From Adineta vaga (lineage: Eukaryota; Animalia; Rotifera): 64,000 nucleotides of DNA. Below the pieces are notes generated by a model. That model was not told the DNA's origin, did not search any database, and saw nothing but the letters and a program-made list of their open reading frames with translations. Shown here piece after piece: positions 38,004-51,899 of this stretch. The DNA lies in the NCBI GenBank assembly GCA_021613535.1, contig CP075493.1, forward strand, positions 7,812,001 to 7,876,000, written 5' to 3'. Each line of letters begins with the position of its first letter. Within the stretch, counting starts at the first letter, position 1. The position numbers and the translations under genes were made by a program.

Positions 38004-39652
38004 AAAAAGGGAAATAATATCAAATTCTTATTAAGAACAACAACATAACTAGGAGATCATTCGTGTATATTTGCGCATTACTATCGTCCAACAAATAACT
38101 TAATCATCAAGAGAAAAATAATGAATCGAAAATAATTTACATTTTTTGTCATATTCTGTTATTTCTCATTGTTGTAATGTTCCGTCAAATAAAGAAAACG
38201 ACATATGAGTAGAGAACATCAATACGAACATCAGTATCATGACTTTTCTTTCAATTACGAGATATCATTACATCTTATCAGTTAAATACAGAATTCCGTA
38301 GACAATGACGTCATTCTTTCACATCAAGTTGCTTCTTTTTATAATATCTTTTTAATTAAAAATCTAAAAACTGACCTTCTAAATTGATCCTCATAATTCT
38401 CTACTAAATATATTAATTCTATAAAAAAATAATTTTCATTCACACTAATTATTTATTTAATGATCAAACGATAACCGAAATGATGAACTGGTGCCACAAG
38501 AAAAAAGTAGATGATAAATTAATCAACACTATGAAAACCTATCGATAATTTATGGTCTCATATTCCGACATGCAAGAAATTTCTTAGAAAAGTGTGATAA
38601 TATTGAATGAATCAACACTTATTCAAAGAAAACAATTGAAGAGTTTGACACTTGTGAGAAAATAGAATATTCACATGAAAACACCTACTTGTTAACATAT
38701 TTTTATATAGCTCGAAACAACCAGAAAAAGGATGGACTTAAATATAAATATCAAAAGTTATTCAAGTAGAATTATTAAGACATTTTGTAAGATATAGTAA
38801 AAAAAAAGGTTATAATCTTGTGAAATATAGTCTTTGTAAATCACATAGATTGTTCTAAGAAAGAAAAGTTTGATTCTATTACAGAAAAAGCATATCACCC
38901 ACCAATATCAAGACCTATTTTTTTGAAAGTAGTTTATGTCATCAGGGAAAAAATCATAAAATTTTTGTTCTTTATTTTAACAATTATACACCAGAAATCC
39001 TGCTCATTATTCTTCATATGAATCTTTTAAGATGATTACTAATTATTCTAGTCGAAAGAAATATTTGCACTGTTGTATGAAATATCAAAGAAGTGTATTT
39101 TCATATGAAATTAAATAATGAAACGGAAATTATCTTTCTTCTCTGACGTAAAATGTTAGGTCATACGCTACCCATGTAGTAATGTCATCAAAGTATAGTC
39201 TTATTTTAATCGTATAATGAACGAAATAACTGAATTGCATATAAATCTTTTATACTTTTAACGATTCTTTGTCGATTGAATTATTCCGTTGTAAATAATT
39301 TTCTAAATTGATGAGATAAATAAAGTTAAGTAATAAATCGAACTATCTCTATCTAGACTGAAATATATTTGTCTATTTCAATGTATAAATAATGAAAATA
39401 TATGATATTTTTTTTACCGATTCACTTGGCAGTATTAGTGCCAATCATAGACTTCTAAGTGAATTTTCTTGATTTCTCTAACATAGATAGGTTTTCGATT
39501 GAATCTTCTATCTACTCTAGATATATTTTGACTATTCTCAGAAAATAATATATATATATATATCTATATAATTGTTAGATTGATTGATCTATTGAATATG
39601 AAATTCAAACATCTAACAAAAAGATCAATGAAAGCAGAAGAAGAATAAATAA

Positions 39653-40253
39653 CTAGGAAAATTCGTAAGCTTGTGGTTTATGTGCACCAGCACATGCTTG
39701 CAATAAATCAATAATAGTGTCTTCGGATATTTCTTCGAGAGTATTGGCATAGATTTGTATATGATACCCATGAAAAAATCGTTCAAAATCAGATCGTTGT
39801 GTTGAAGCACGTGCAGCACGTAATGTTGGCTAATGAAAGAGAAAAGTAAAAATATTCAATCATTCATAAATAATAAGATGTAACAGTATTCTTACTACAT
39901 TAGCTCCAACATAATTAATGTATACAAATTTAGCACGATGACTTCCATATTCATCAACTGCTCGAACTCGAACAACACCCACATAAATTTGATTATCATG
40001 AAGTTTACGTTTCATTTCACTCAATCCACCTGAACCTTTACCACGAAGTACAATTTCACCTTTATCACCATATGCCAATAAAATCCTAAAGAAACAAAAA
40101 AAAAGAGTACACGTTGTTTTGTCTATGTAAATAATTAGTAAATTTCTAATAGATCTTTTACCAATTTGTATTTGATGTATCATTTCTAACATCTTGCCAA
40201 GCTTCTTGAAAATCTTCACCACTTAAATCAACAGAACGTTTCAATGCGGCCAT
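39653..40253 (-). CDS. Coactosin-like ADF-H actin-binding protein, 3 exons
   Basis: EAWQDVRNDTSNTNW|ILLAY...GKGSGGLSEMKRKL...RAKFVYINYVGANV|PTLRAAR is an ADF-H/coactosin pattern; the protein ends AGAHKPQAYEFS. Confidence 0.85.
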
Positions 40254-40867
40254 TAAAAAGTCGATTCAGTACAAAACATGTGCTAGTAAAACAATATCAA
40301 TGTCGGTCGGTTGTTTAGTTCGATAGATGAATCATCTAAGATATGGCAAGCAATAGCTGTAAAAGTAGAATAATCTGGTATGCATCCTGTTACGTCCAAA
40401 ATAGATAACCTTTTTTTTCCTTATTTGGCATGGGATCGTTGTTGGACAGATAGAAGGAAAGCAAAAAGAAGAGAAGGAAGAAGCAAGTCATATCAACAGA
40501 TTCTGATTGATATTATTATTGTTGTTGTTGATGATGATGATGAAGTGTGTCATATTTTACAGCTTGCTTTATGATGATCGTTACTATGTTGAATAGTAGA
40601 GTTTATTGAAGATAATTATACGAAAAATAAAATTTATTGTTGATAATATCAAATATACATCAATCATATTTTATGCTCTATGACTTCACTGTACAAAAGT
40701 TTATGATAAACAACTTGCAACGATATCAAGAATATTCGATATTTAATACTTTCTTCTCGAGTTTATTTACATAAATATATGAGCAAATGCTAAAAAGAGA
40801 ATCAATAGAGAGTCCTTTCTTTTTGTATGTTAAATATTTTGTAATTATTCAGTTGATATCTGGTATT

Positions 40868-42493
40868 TTACTCATTGGGATAACGCGCTTGAAATTTTGC
40901 ATAACCAGGTTTTGAGAATAGACATTTCAAATGAATAAATTGTGGATCATCTTCATCAACAATCATGGTGTCAATTGAACATACATTTTCAGTAACAAGT
41001 ACTTGATAAAGTTGTCCTCCTTGTAATACACGATATTCACATGTTATACGATTACTAGCAATCATAAGTCTTTCTTGTATTGTATCAATAAGTTGATTCA
41101 AACCTTGGCCAGTTTTACATGAAACCTTTAGTTCATTATCAATTTCTGAATTCGATTTTTCTTGAGAAGAATCTTCTAATAGATCAGATTTATTAAAAAC
41201 TGTTATCATTGATTGAATTTTTGATGGATGAACATTAAGTTCATTTAATGTTTGCATGACAGTTTTTCGTTGTACAACATTATCCGGATGACTAATATCA
41301 CAAACATGAATTAATATATGAGCATCGACAGCATCGTTCAATGTTGCACGAAAAGCTTCAATTAATGTTGTCGGAATATCAGCTATATGAGTAGAAAGTT
41401 TTTCATTAGTCGATCTAATACATCAATACTTTTTTTTACCAATAAAACCAACTGTATCAACATAGAGAACATTTAAAGCATTTGGAAGGATTCCAGCATG
41501 TGTTGTTACATCTATGTGAAAAATCAAATTTTTATAACGATATAGTTTTTTTTTTAATGATTGATATATTACCTAATGTAGCGAATAGTTGATCTTTTGG
41601 TTGCAATGAAGCATCTTTTGTTAGCGCTTTAATCAATGATGTTTTACCAGCATTTGTATATCCAACAACTGCAACAGTAGGAATATCGATGGATGAACGA
41701 CGTCGTTTCAATAATTTTCGATGTTCTTCAAGTTTCATGACTTCAGCACGAAGATTTCGTTCGCGATCCTTTATAATTATGAAAAAGTATATTTTTTTTC
41801 TACGTATGTGTTAACATTACTTACTTTGAATAATTCACCATCATTTCTACGATATCGTAACAATGGAATTTCAGCAAGAGCAACTTGTAATTTAGCAGCA
41901 CCACTTTGGGCATGATTTTTGAAGATCTATTATTGAAAACTTCTATGTAAATCAAGTATAGTTAAAAGCAAAAGATTTCCTACTTGAAGTACAATTGAAT
42001 ATCGATCATAGACAGGTACACGAAATTTTTCTGTCAATCCATCAATTTGACCTAATGAAAGACGATCAATTGAGAGAAATACGGCTGTAGCTTGACATTG
42101 ACGAACTTCATTTGTTATTTTCTCGATGTTACCCTTGCCATATAGATATCGTTGTGAACCACCAGATTTTAATGTATAAATTCCATGACCAACAACACGC
42201 CATTTATTTAGAGTATGAATTAATGAGATTGATTCTGATAATTGTAAATCAGCAGTCGTAGATTGACGACCGCGTGCTTTAAATTTCATGGAAGGTTGGA
42301 TAATATAAACACGATGACCAGCTGATCGAATATGTAGTAATGCAGATGACATAGAAGTAAATTCATGATCATCGAGAAGACTTTGAAGATGACGATCGAC
42401 AAATTCTTTAGTGTACAAACGGGTAGAACGAGAAAATAAACGGACAGAAGATTTGATGTTGGATAGATGAGTAAAGATTTGCTTAAATAACAT
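40868..42493 (-). CDS. GTPBP6: HflX-family mitochondrial GTPase
   Basis: PVYDRYSIVLQ|IFKNHA..AKLQVALAEIP, G1 VAVVGYTNAGKTSLI, LFATLD, DTVGFI, HVCDISHPD and G4 NKSD. Confidence 0.93.
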
Positions 42494-42986
42494 TCTTTTT
42501 GTTTTTTAATCTAAAATATTCATTCTTCAATTATAAGTGTATTGTAATCGATCGATTATCAGAATTTTGCAAAATAATTGGTTTGTTTTGTAACCATAAA
42601 TGAAATTCATTTCGAAATAGTTTCAAAACCTTAAGGTGTCGCCATTCAACATGATTTCGTTCTCATTCTTCCAGCTCGTAGCTAAGCAGTCAATATATAA
42701 AGAAATATTTCCGATTATTGAGTTTGGTCTTCTGATAACTCTCGATATCTCAAGATGTAATATTTAGATGTTTATTAAAGCAATTTATTTGTCTTCAAAA
42801 ACACAAAGCAAAAAAATCAGTAAGCGTTCACTACAAAAATAATGATTTTAATCAAAACCTATAAAGCATTTCATCTAAGCGATTACTGTTGAATAATGCA
42901 TTCATAAAAATTATTAAAAAAAAAACATAGCACAATATCTTCGAATGTATGTCAATCACAGAATGTCACACAATTTTTGTTCATAG

Positions 42987-45900
42987 TCACACATGAGTTT
43001 CGAGCATTTGTGGATGCCAAGAATTGGCATGATAAACCTAAGAGAATGTATAAATTCTAGTAAATAATACATTCGATATCATTAAATAACCTACCGAATG
43101 GAATGCATCTATGGTAATATTTCGTCGAGATTTTGAACGTGAATTTTTAATATCTTCTTGTAAACAACTGATTTCAAATGATAATTGTTGTTCACGTAAT
43201 GTGGGAAAATAAATTTGATCGTAACGACAGTAACATTTAGACCATAGTACAATATTGAATAGACGCCAATCAACATGTAAATCATGGATAAATTGTTGTG
43301 GATACTCGATATTATCATAATCAAACTGTTCGGAATCTGATGATGATGAGTTTTGACGGATATATTCTGGCGGTTTAGGTTTTTCTAGACGATAAACAAC
43401 GCGAACTGGTGATTGTCCAGAAGATGATATACTTCTTGTATGTTGAAGAGAAGAAGCCGATCTTGGAGGAATAATTATTGATGCATGATTTTTCAAGAGA
43501 CGTGAAGTATCAGGATAAAGATATAAGGAAAAATCAAATGCAGATAGAATTAAATTATTTTTAGGATAATTTTGGATGGCTTCGAGACGTTCAAAAACAG
43601 AATTAAAAGCAAATGTATGTTGATAACCATAGCAAGCACTACGAAGAGTTCAAGAAGAAAATATTCTGTGAATTCGAATGCAAATGGATTTTGATTCATC
43701 AATTGATATACACAATCGAGAAAGAGAAGAAATACTGGCGCCTAAAATAAAATAGTTCGATCGATTCTTTATGGCGAAAAAAAAGAGGAATGGAAAAACG
43801 AACTTCTTCTGCCACGGAACCATGAACATCAGTTAGAACTTGACCAAAACGTTCTCGAAATGGATGACCACGAATGATCCATTCACGGACAATCAATTCA
43901 CAGAAACCTTTAATTGTCCGACATTTTGGTCGAAGAAATATTTGAATTAATGATGACATTAAACAACTATTGTCCGTATCACTCCCTATTAAAATAAAAT
44001 AACATATAAATATGAAGAAAATCTATCTCTTTCGGCTGCTCGATTTCATACCTGCTAATTCAATGTGTTTATAATTCAATAATTTAGCTAGAGAAGCAGC
44101 ACCATGCAATGTTTTTGAAACATATTTCAACCATTTACATGTATTAAGTTTCGTTAACCATTTATCATCATCATCAACTACAAAGTAAAGCGAATCAATG
44201 TTAAACTATAATCATATAGATCTGTCTGTATCTACCACAAGATATAGTACATATTTCAATGAGTTTTTCGTAAGTAGCTTGTAAACGTTTTAGATTGCAC
44301 GGAAATTTTGCTAAATTATATCGATGAAATGTTTTGTCAGAGACATAATGACATGAATAAGTCAAACTCGAATCAGTTCCATTACGACGTAAACTAGAAT
44401 TGATAAATATTTCAAATCAAGAACAACAACAATACGGATTAATTTATCAACCAACACCAATACAAAAATGCACATGGCATACATCTAATCTAACTAAAAT
44501 TACCGGATATACAAGTGTGTCTCACCAAATATGAAGTAATTTTAATGATATAATTAAATATTCATCTGCGGGCAGAATAAGAAGAATACTGATTATGTCA
44601 TGATTCACTTACGAATCTCCGGCAATTGTAATTTCGCCTATGCCTGGCACAGTGATCAGCATATACTGTATCTGTCCTCTATTGTGTTGTTGATGATGGT
44701 CAATTTCAATTTCAGATGTGTGCGTCCAGTGCCAAATCTTTATAGAATACAGAAATTAATAAAGTAATTCGAATACACCAATGAAACCTACTAATTCATC
44801 AAAATTGTCTTTCCCATTTGTAGATGTGAAACGAACATAAGGTCCTTCACTATCGTCACGAAAGAAAAAGAACTAAGTAGATAAAATTGAAAAGATATAT
44901 CAATTACATACGCTCGTGCAACATATGATTTATCAAATTTTGTCTGATTAACAATCCATTGTTTTTCATTCGCATCGTATAATTCATCATTCCAATCTTG
45001 ATAAGTCATATAAGCTTTTATACGTTCATCATTGCTCAAACAAAAATCTACATAATATGACGAATGTATTATCAAACGAGAGAAATATTCAAAAAATTGT
45101 TACCAGAAATTTCATCATCCTTAGATCGACCATTAGATGAAGATATCAATAATGATAATGCAGTTGCACGTTGAGATCGAGAATTTAAATTATTCATTGG
45201 AGGTTTTTGTATATGATGAAAAAAATATAATTGTTCTTTCTTTTGACAATGACATTGCACTTTCAATGTATTGATGTACTATAAAATAAGATAATCAAAA
45301 CGAAATGTATATTATTCTGTATAGAAACTATACTGTTTCCATTTTTGATGTTGATGTTTGTTGTTGTATTTCCTAAGGAATTTGATTTTGTCACTGAACA
45401 TTTGGAAAATGTTATATTTCGAAAATCCTTTACGATGTAAATAGAAAATAAATTCATTGATGAGGAGAAAGAAAATATAGATATACTCGAGTAATGATTG
45501 TAAATGTTCGAGTTTCTGATTGGATTTGATTTTCATTTAGAAATGATCTAAATCCTGATCGAGAATCAACCGCTATAAGAAAAAATAGATACATCTTCGA
45601 GAAGAATCTAAAAGTTTTGATATATATACTCACGTGCAACATTAATTTTATATATAGATGTCAATGGAATGTCATATTCGCCAATATATCGATTTCCAGA
45701 ATAAATCTAAACAAATTAAATGAAACGTAACATTAGAGCTTAAATATATTGTACTCTTCTGATTTTCTCGATTTATCAACAATTAATTCTTAACATAGAT
45801 AATGCGAAATTCGATTTCTTGAAAAGTTAATTTTCTAAATCCAGCAACTATTTTACAAAGTTGTGTGTGAGATGAATCTCTCGTATGAAAAATAAACTTT

Positions 45901-46323
45901 TTCAATTTCATTCAAAGTTGAATAATAAAAATCAATCAGAAAATATCAGTTAACTTATTCTTACAAGATTATTATTTCCTATATCATTGTCTGGTGCAAA
46001 TATCAGTCGAAATATTGTCATATACAATGTTCCATTTAATCGTTCACAACCATTTTCAATATATTCTACATTTCGTACATGTATCTGTAATGGAGTTTCT
46101 TCTAAATGAAAGAAAAGATCAATTCCTATTTTTAACAATGTATTGAATCATACGCACGTGGTAATATTTTTCGCACAATTTTTCCTATCTCCGGTGAAAT
46201 ACTTGGAATAGAATCGATTTGGGTTGATAACTCGTTATCATAATCATTCGAATAGAATCGAGATGATTCCTGTCGACCGACACTAATCGATCGAGTGTGT
46301 GTATTATTTCGATGAAATGACAT
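42987..46323 (-). CDS. Myotubularin-related pseudophosphatase (MTMR10/11/12-like), multi-exon
   Basis: GRAM-like N-terminus (GTLYMTIFRLIF), WLKYVSKTL, catalytic-loop position ELAGSDTDNSC without CX5R, CRTIKGFCELIVREWIIRGHPF, PVFLLFLDCVYQLMNQNPFAFEFTE, and a 3-PAP-like LWSKCYCRY. Confidence 0.85.
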
Positions 46324-47637
46324 GTGAATTGGTTATTATCATTCTGTCATTTTTTGAACGAAATTACCGAATCATTGTTTGATGAAGGAATATTGGTTCG
46401 TATACTCACCAATAGAAACCAATGTGGATTGTTCTGTTCGTTATGAATTAATCGTTTATAATAATATATAACAGCTTACTTCGTGCAATTTTAATTTCAA
46501 AATTATTATACCAAATAAAATCATTATTTATCTTTATTTTCACGAAAGTTAATTGTCTTCATATTTGCATAGTTGTTCATCAGTACAAAAGTCACATTAA
46601 AAATCCAAGTCTATCCTGGCTTTCAAGATCTAGGCAGTCAATGTTGTTCAGATTTCAACTATTTCACGAAGAAGTTTATATGCTGGTCTACAGAGTCATG
46701 AAATCAATAAAAACACCCATCGATTTTCTTTTTGAAGAACATTTTCTTTTCTCCATTTTACAAAAGACCGCCTCTTTTTTTTGCACGCTTGTCGCGTCCT
46801 AAGCTGGCACGGACCATGGAGACCGGACATATAAGTTCTAGAAGAAACATTTATTTGGTCGAAAATGGATATTGTAAAAGCTTTCACTTCGTCATCTGTG
46901 AAAAATCGTATGAATACTTGCATATTCCTTTGTCAGACATTTATATATGGCTGCTGTCTCTGAAATTTGATCGTAAACGACCGTGCCCAAAGATACATGA
47001 TTGGCGTTATCGTATTGGTCTACTTCGGATGCTTATATAGCCGAACAAATCTTCTTTTTGCTTTCACATACACATATCGATCTCGAAAAACATATAAAAT
47101 CAATTACATATATCACGTGATAAACACTATATCTTTCTTTTAGGTATAGCTGGCTCTTTATTCCTCGATTGTTTATCGTCTCATGTAAAAGAATGTTAGA
47201 AATTTGATTTTCATCGATTTTTTATGATGATAAATCGACTAAGATAGTTTAATTTCCAGCTGGTTTTCATAAGATTTTTATTCAGATATTATCTTCCAAA
47301 TTTTCATCTGACTTCACTAATTGATCGCAATCAGAAAATCGATCAAAATATATTTCTATTTTACTAATCAGTGTGCTCAGAGATTGTATTATTCATATGA
47401 CCAATTTGCAATCTATAGCATCTTTAAGTATATGTGTACATTTATTTGTATTTTGTAGTTCGAATTGTGAGTTATTGCCATCTATCGCGCGAGAGTTATT
47501 TAACATTTGTTTGAATGTAAGTCTATCCAATGAAAAGACGAACTGCATGAGTGATGGAATGTAAATGAATGAAAGCGATATAAATAGTTAACGCAACACC
47601 ACTACTGTTTATTCATTTCGATTTGCACTTGCATACA

Positions 47638-50600
47638 ATGTCGATCTCACCCCCACCATTTAGCCCACCGCGATCTGGATCAAATGAAGAAGATAACAAC
47701 GATTACCTAAACAATCCTATTGCTGTTGATGATGACGATGACGAATACATTGATTCACCGCGAACATTAATTTCGTCATTTGATCTCTATAAAAATGCCA
47801 TTGATCGTTTACGTTCATCAGTCTCATGTCAATCGATAGAACAACAACAAAAATCATTAGATCATTTTAAACCATTATCAACACGATCGAATGCTTGGCT
47901 ATATATGCGTATACATGATGATCTATTTAGTATACTATTGGAATACTTATTGATTGAGAATTTATCTATACAATCAACAGTTCTAAGTATTTTTGCAAAT
48001 ATTGGATGCGAACAAGCATCACATGAACAGGTAGATTATTTTGAACTAAAGTTTATAGAAACTTATGTAATTGTTTGTTCATTACATATTATGCAAAAAC
48101 TTGACTAAAGCTCCTGAACAATGCGTGTTTTTTTCGTATTATTAGATCTTCGAAACGAATCTAATCGATATTGTTTGTGGAAAAGTAATTGATATTAATC
48201 AAATCGATATAACTAATCGATGTTTTCGATTGTTAGGCAATATTTGTACTGCAGAAGATGCTGCACGAAAGATGGTTGAAGCTGGTATGTGATAGGTTTC
48301 TTCTCAATTATCATCCTTTATCAATATTCTAGATTTGGCACGATCTATGGGAAATGTTTTACGAAATTGTACAGATGCAGCATGTTTACATTCGACAATT
48401 CGTTGTTCCAGGTAAAAATTGATATTCATCCTTGTAAATAAATGAAGAGAAAAAACAATTGTTGTTTTATTATCTAGAAAATTAAGTATATATGCTTTTT
48501 GTCGTGATCGAATGTTGGATTCCATGTGTTTATTATCTATATGTAAACAATTATTTGCTGAAAAAGTCGCTTTAAGAAAAGAAGCAATGAAAGCTGTATT
48601 AGAATGGGATATAGAAAGTTCAGATAGAAGTCGTTCTCAAGTAAATTAAACAAATTCTAGATTCTTTGAAATGGACTATATGAAATTTTTTATTTTAGTT
48701 ACGTGAAGGTGATATCTTTCGTTTTTTAATCACTACTATTGAAGCAAAATCAGATAAAGAATATCGTCATATAGCATTTCGTCTTTTGAATAATCTATTG
48801 CGTCATAGTGATATGCGTACAGAATTTGGTTCACGTCAAGGTTTAGATTTCTTATTGAATTTAATTACCAATCAACACTATCATTCAACATATGAACATT
48901 TGAAATTTATTGGTTTATTTTGTGTTTGTTGTCAAGAAGCAAATAATCGTCGTTTAATTAAGGACGATATTAACAAATTACAATTATTTTTCAATTATCT
49001 AGAAAAATATCAGTATCGATCGAATTTTTTGGATTTATTATTGACAGCTATTGGACAATTTATATATGATGATCAATCATTAAATATTTTTGTTAAACAA
49101 ATGCAATTTATTGAACGCATGTGTGATTTATTAGAATCAGTTATTATAATAAAATATGATAATAACGAGAAAAAATTGAGTGGAAATGACGAAAAAGATT
49201 CAAGAAAAAGAAAACGAGTTAAAACAGAACATACGGTAAGACTGTTGGGAGATAACTAATTTTTTAAAGAGATCTTTGAGAATATGTTTAGTAGTGCGAT
49301 CTTGCTTTTATTGTAAAATTCAAACTGAACTTTAATTAAAAGATATTTTTCTCTTTACAGACTGATGGTCAACAACAACGTGTTTCTGTAGTGATCGATT
49401 TCAATGAAAGTTTATTTACTGAATTCGTTGAAAATACTCATTTGGATGAAGAACGTCCAACAATATCATCAGTACATATACCTTCAACAAATACCAATAT
49501 AGAAATTCGTCGTCGTACAGAAGCATTGATCTTTACTTTATTGTCTAAACTTTCTTATGAAACAACTGAAAAAACTCTTCGTCGTTCTTTATACAATCGT
49601 CGTCTTGTTTCCTTACTTCTTCGATATATTTCACTATGTGATGAACCAAATCCACGTGCTGTACGTATACTTTCTCGTTTAACAAAAATGAACGATTGTA
49701 CAGAACATTTACTTGATCTTGGTTTACCATATATGATATCTTCAACTTTCTATCAAGATGTTTTATCAAAAGAATACAATGAAAAAGTAAATATGGATGA
49801 TCAATATCTATTGGATATTCTTCTCAATGATAATCGAGCATTCTTTCAACGTTTATCATGGACAAATGAACAGAATCGTTTGAAGATTATTGAACATAAT
49901 TTACTAAAAAATATCGAACATTGTGTCAATACACCATATGCTATTAATGAAGTTGTACGACGATTAAGCGATACGAATATTGATGAGAAATCTCATATAA
50001 TATGTACTGTTGTCGCTACATTGAAGTAAGATAATAATGCGTGAGAAATTTTTATAAAAATCATTGTATTTCTGTTTCAGAGAACCCCATTTGAAATCGA
50101 TTCTATTTGATAAAAGCTCAGGTTTTGATTATCTAATCACTCAATCCAATGAACTTGCGTGTTTTTGGGCAATGCGCATATTTGTTGGTCGATGTCTATC
50201 ATCACATGAAAGAAATTATATGAATGAGTTGTAAGTTGTATTTATTTTTTTTCTTGTAGTTTAAATGACGAATCTTTCATGCTTATATAAGGCGCAAATA
50301 AGTGCAACTCGATATAGTCTCTCTCGTTAGCTGCAAGGGTGGAATATCATATTTTCCTACAAACATTAATCATTATATTCATTCCTTCGAAATAAATTGC
50401 AATGTTCTTTCCTCAATAAATTACAAAATCATTCTCAAACATGTCCAGTAAAACAAAGAAAAACTATTGAATTAAATATCAATAACAAACAATTAGTAAC
50501 TGTGAATGTACATCTCTTATGTTTACATTCCGATTATTTCAAAACTTTATTCAATGGTCCTTTTTTTGAACGTCAGCAATCGATTATTCCAATTCATTTA

Positions 50601-50936
50601 CCTGAAATAATTCCAATTGAATCATTTGTACATTTACTCAATGTATTGGAAAACAATGATGAAATTATTCAATTAAATCGTATCGAAGATTTATTTCATC
50701 TATGTGATAAATATCTTTTCGATTATTTACCATATCGACTTGTTCATTATGTGTTGGAAGAATTTCTTCAGGGACGAACAACTAAAATTGTTGATATTGC
50801 ATCCAAACCAAATTTAATCTCATGTCTTATTCGAGCTTTTTTCTCTCATTTATTAAGCAATAATACAAATTTTTCTCTGGAAATATATTCCACATTGAAT
50901 TACAACTTATCCGGACGAATTTTGGACATTTATTAA
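47638..50936 (+). CDS. ARMC5: Armadillo repeat + C-terminal BTB protein (ARMC5-like); the junction to the BTB exon is unresolved
   Basis: ARM-like segments (LSIFANIG, CRLLGNIC, CVCCQEANNR, PNPRAVRILSRL) followed by a BTB domain (VNVHLLCLHSDYFKTLFNGPFFERQQSII...LCDKYLF). Confidence 0.78.
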
Positions 50937-51899
50937 ATCGACTTTACAACATAAGTGTTGGTTTCACGATGAATATTCACCTTTCTTATCGTGATCTGTG
51001 TACTATTGATTTGTATTATATTCTGTAGAGTGAAATAAGAATCAGAACGATTGTTTTCTTTTTAATGATGTTAATAAATTTATTGAAAACTTATAAGCGA
51101 GAATAGAATCGTAGTTCTTGTTCTCTTCTCAAGATTAGCAATAGTATACTCATGATGACGATGAGAATCTTTTATTTCATGAGAAATAAATCAATCGAAA
51201 CTGTTTATTCGAATAATAACAAGAAATCTTTTATCAGCTGCTGTTCATTTTCTCTTTCTTTGAAGTAATGATAAAAAAACACATGCACATCCGTTATCTA
51301 TATGAACGTGTTGAAACAATCTTGATAAAAATTTATGTTTGTTTCTTGAATAGTTCGATGCTGATAGTTTCAATATGCATGTATACTTCGAAATGTTAAT
51401 TGGACACATTGCAATCTACTGGATTTCTTATATAAAAGTTTATCATAGGTAAATATTTCTGTATTTTCTTACAAAAGAAAGAATTTATTTGGAAAAGTTC
51501 TTTTTTTACCCAACAATAGAACTGAATTCTTCATCTTAAATCTAAGCATTGTTTCCTCAAGGTTAAGATGATTGTTAAATACATATACAGAAAAAAAATA
51601 ATAATTTATTTATTCTTCCTTCGTTAACAAAGAGCAACTTGTCCAAAGGAAAAATTACATTTTGTCACTAATTGAATAGTTTTCCAGAAGAGATCATCAG
51701 TAATCAAAAGAATTTCCTGTGAAAGAAAAAAAATAACCATGTATAGATTTTGAATCAGTTCGAAAAATAACAATGTAAATTATCATGGAAGATTTATAAT
51801 TGTATGATATGATTTGATTTCTTATTATTGATTTAAGTGAAAGAAATTCTCGATTATTCTTCGAATGATGATGATGATGATGAGAATAATGATCAAATT

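Noticed and set aside
46600-47050. GC-richer island with ORFs 46696-46923 and 46732-47040 between MTMR and ARMC5
   Set aside because: No recognisable domain, terminal repeats or coherent exon chain. It may be a decayed insertion, but this needs a tBLASTx search.
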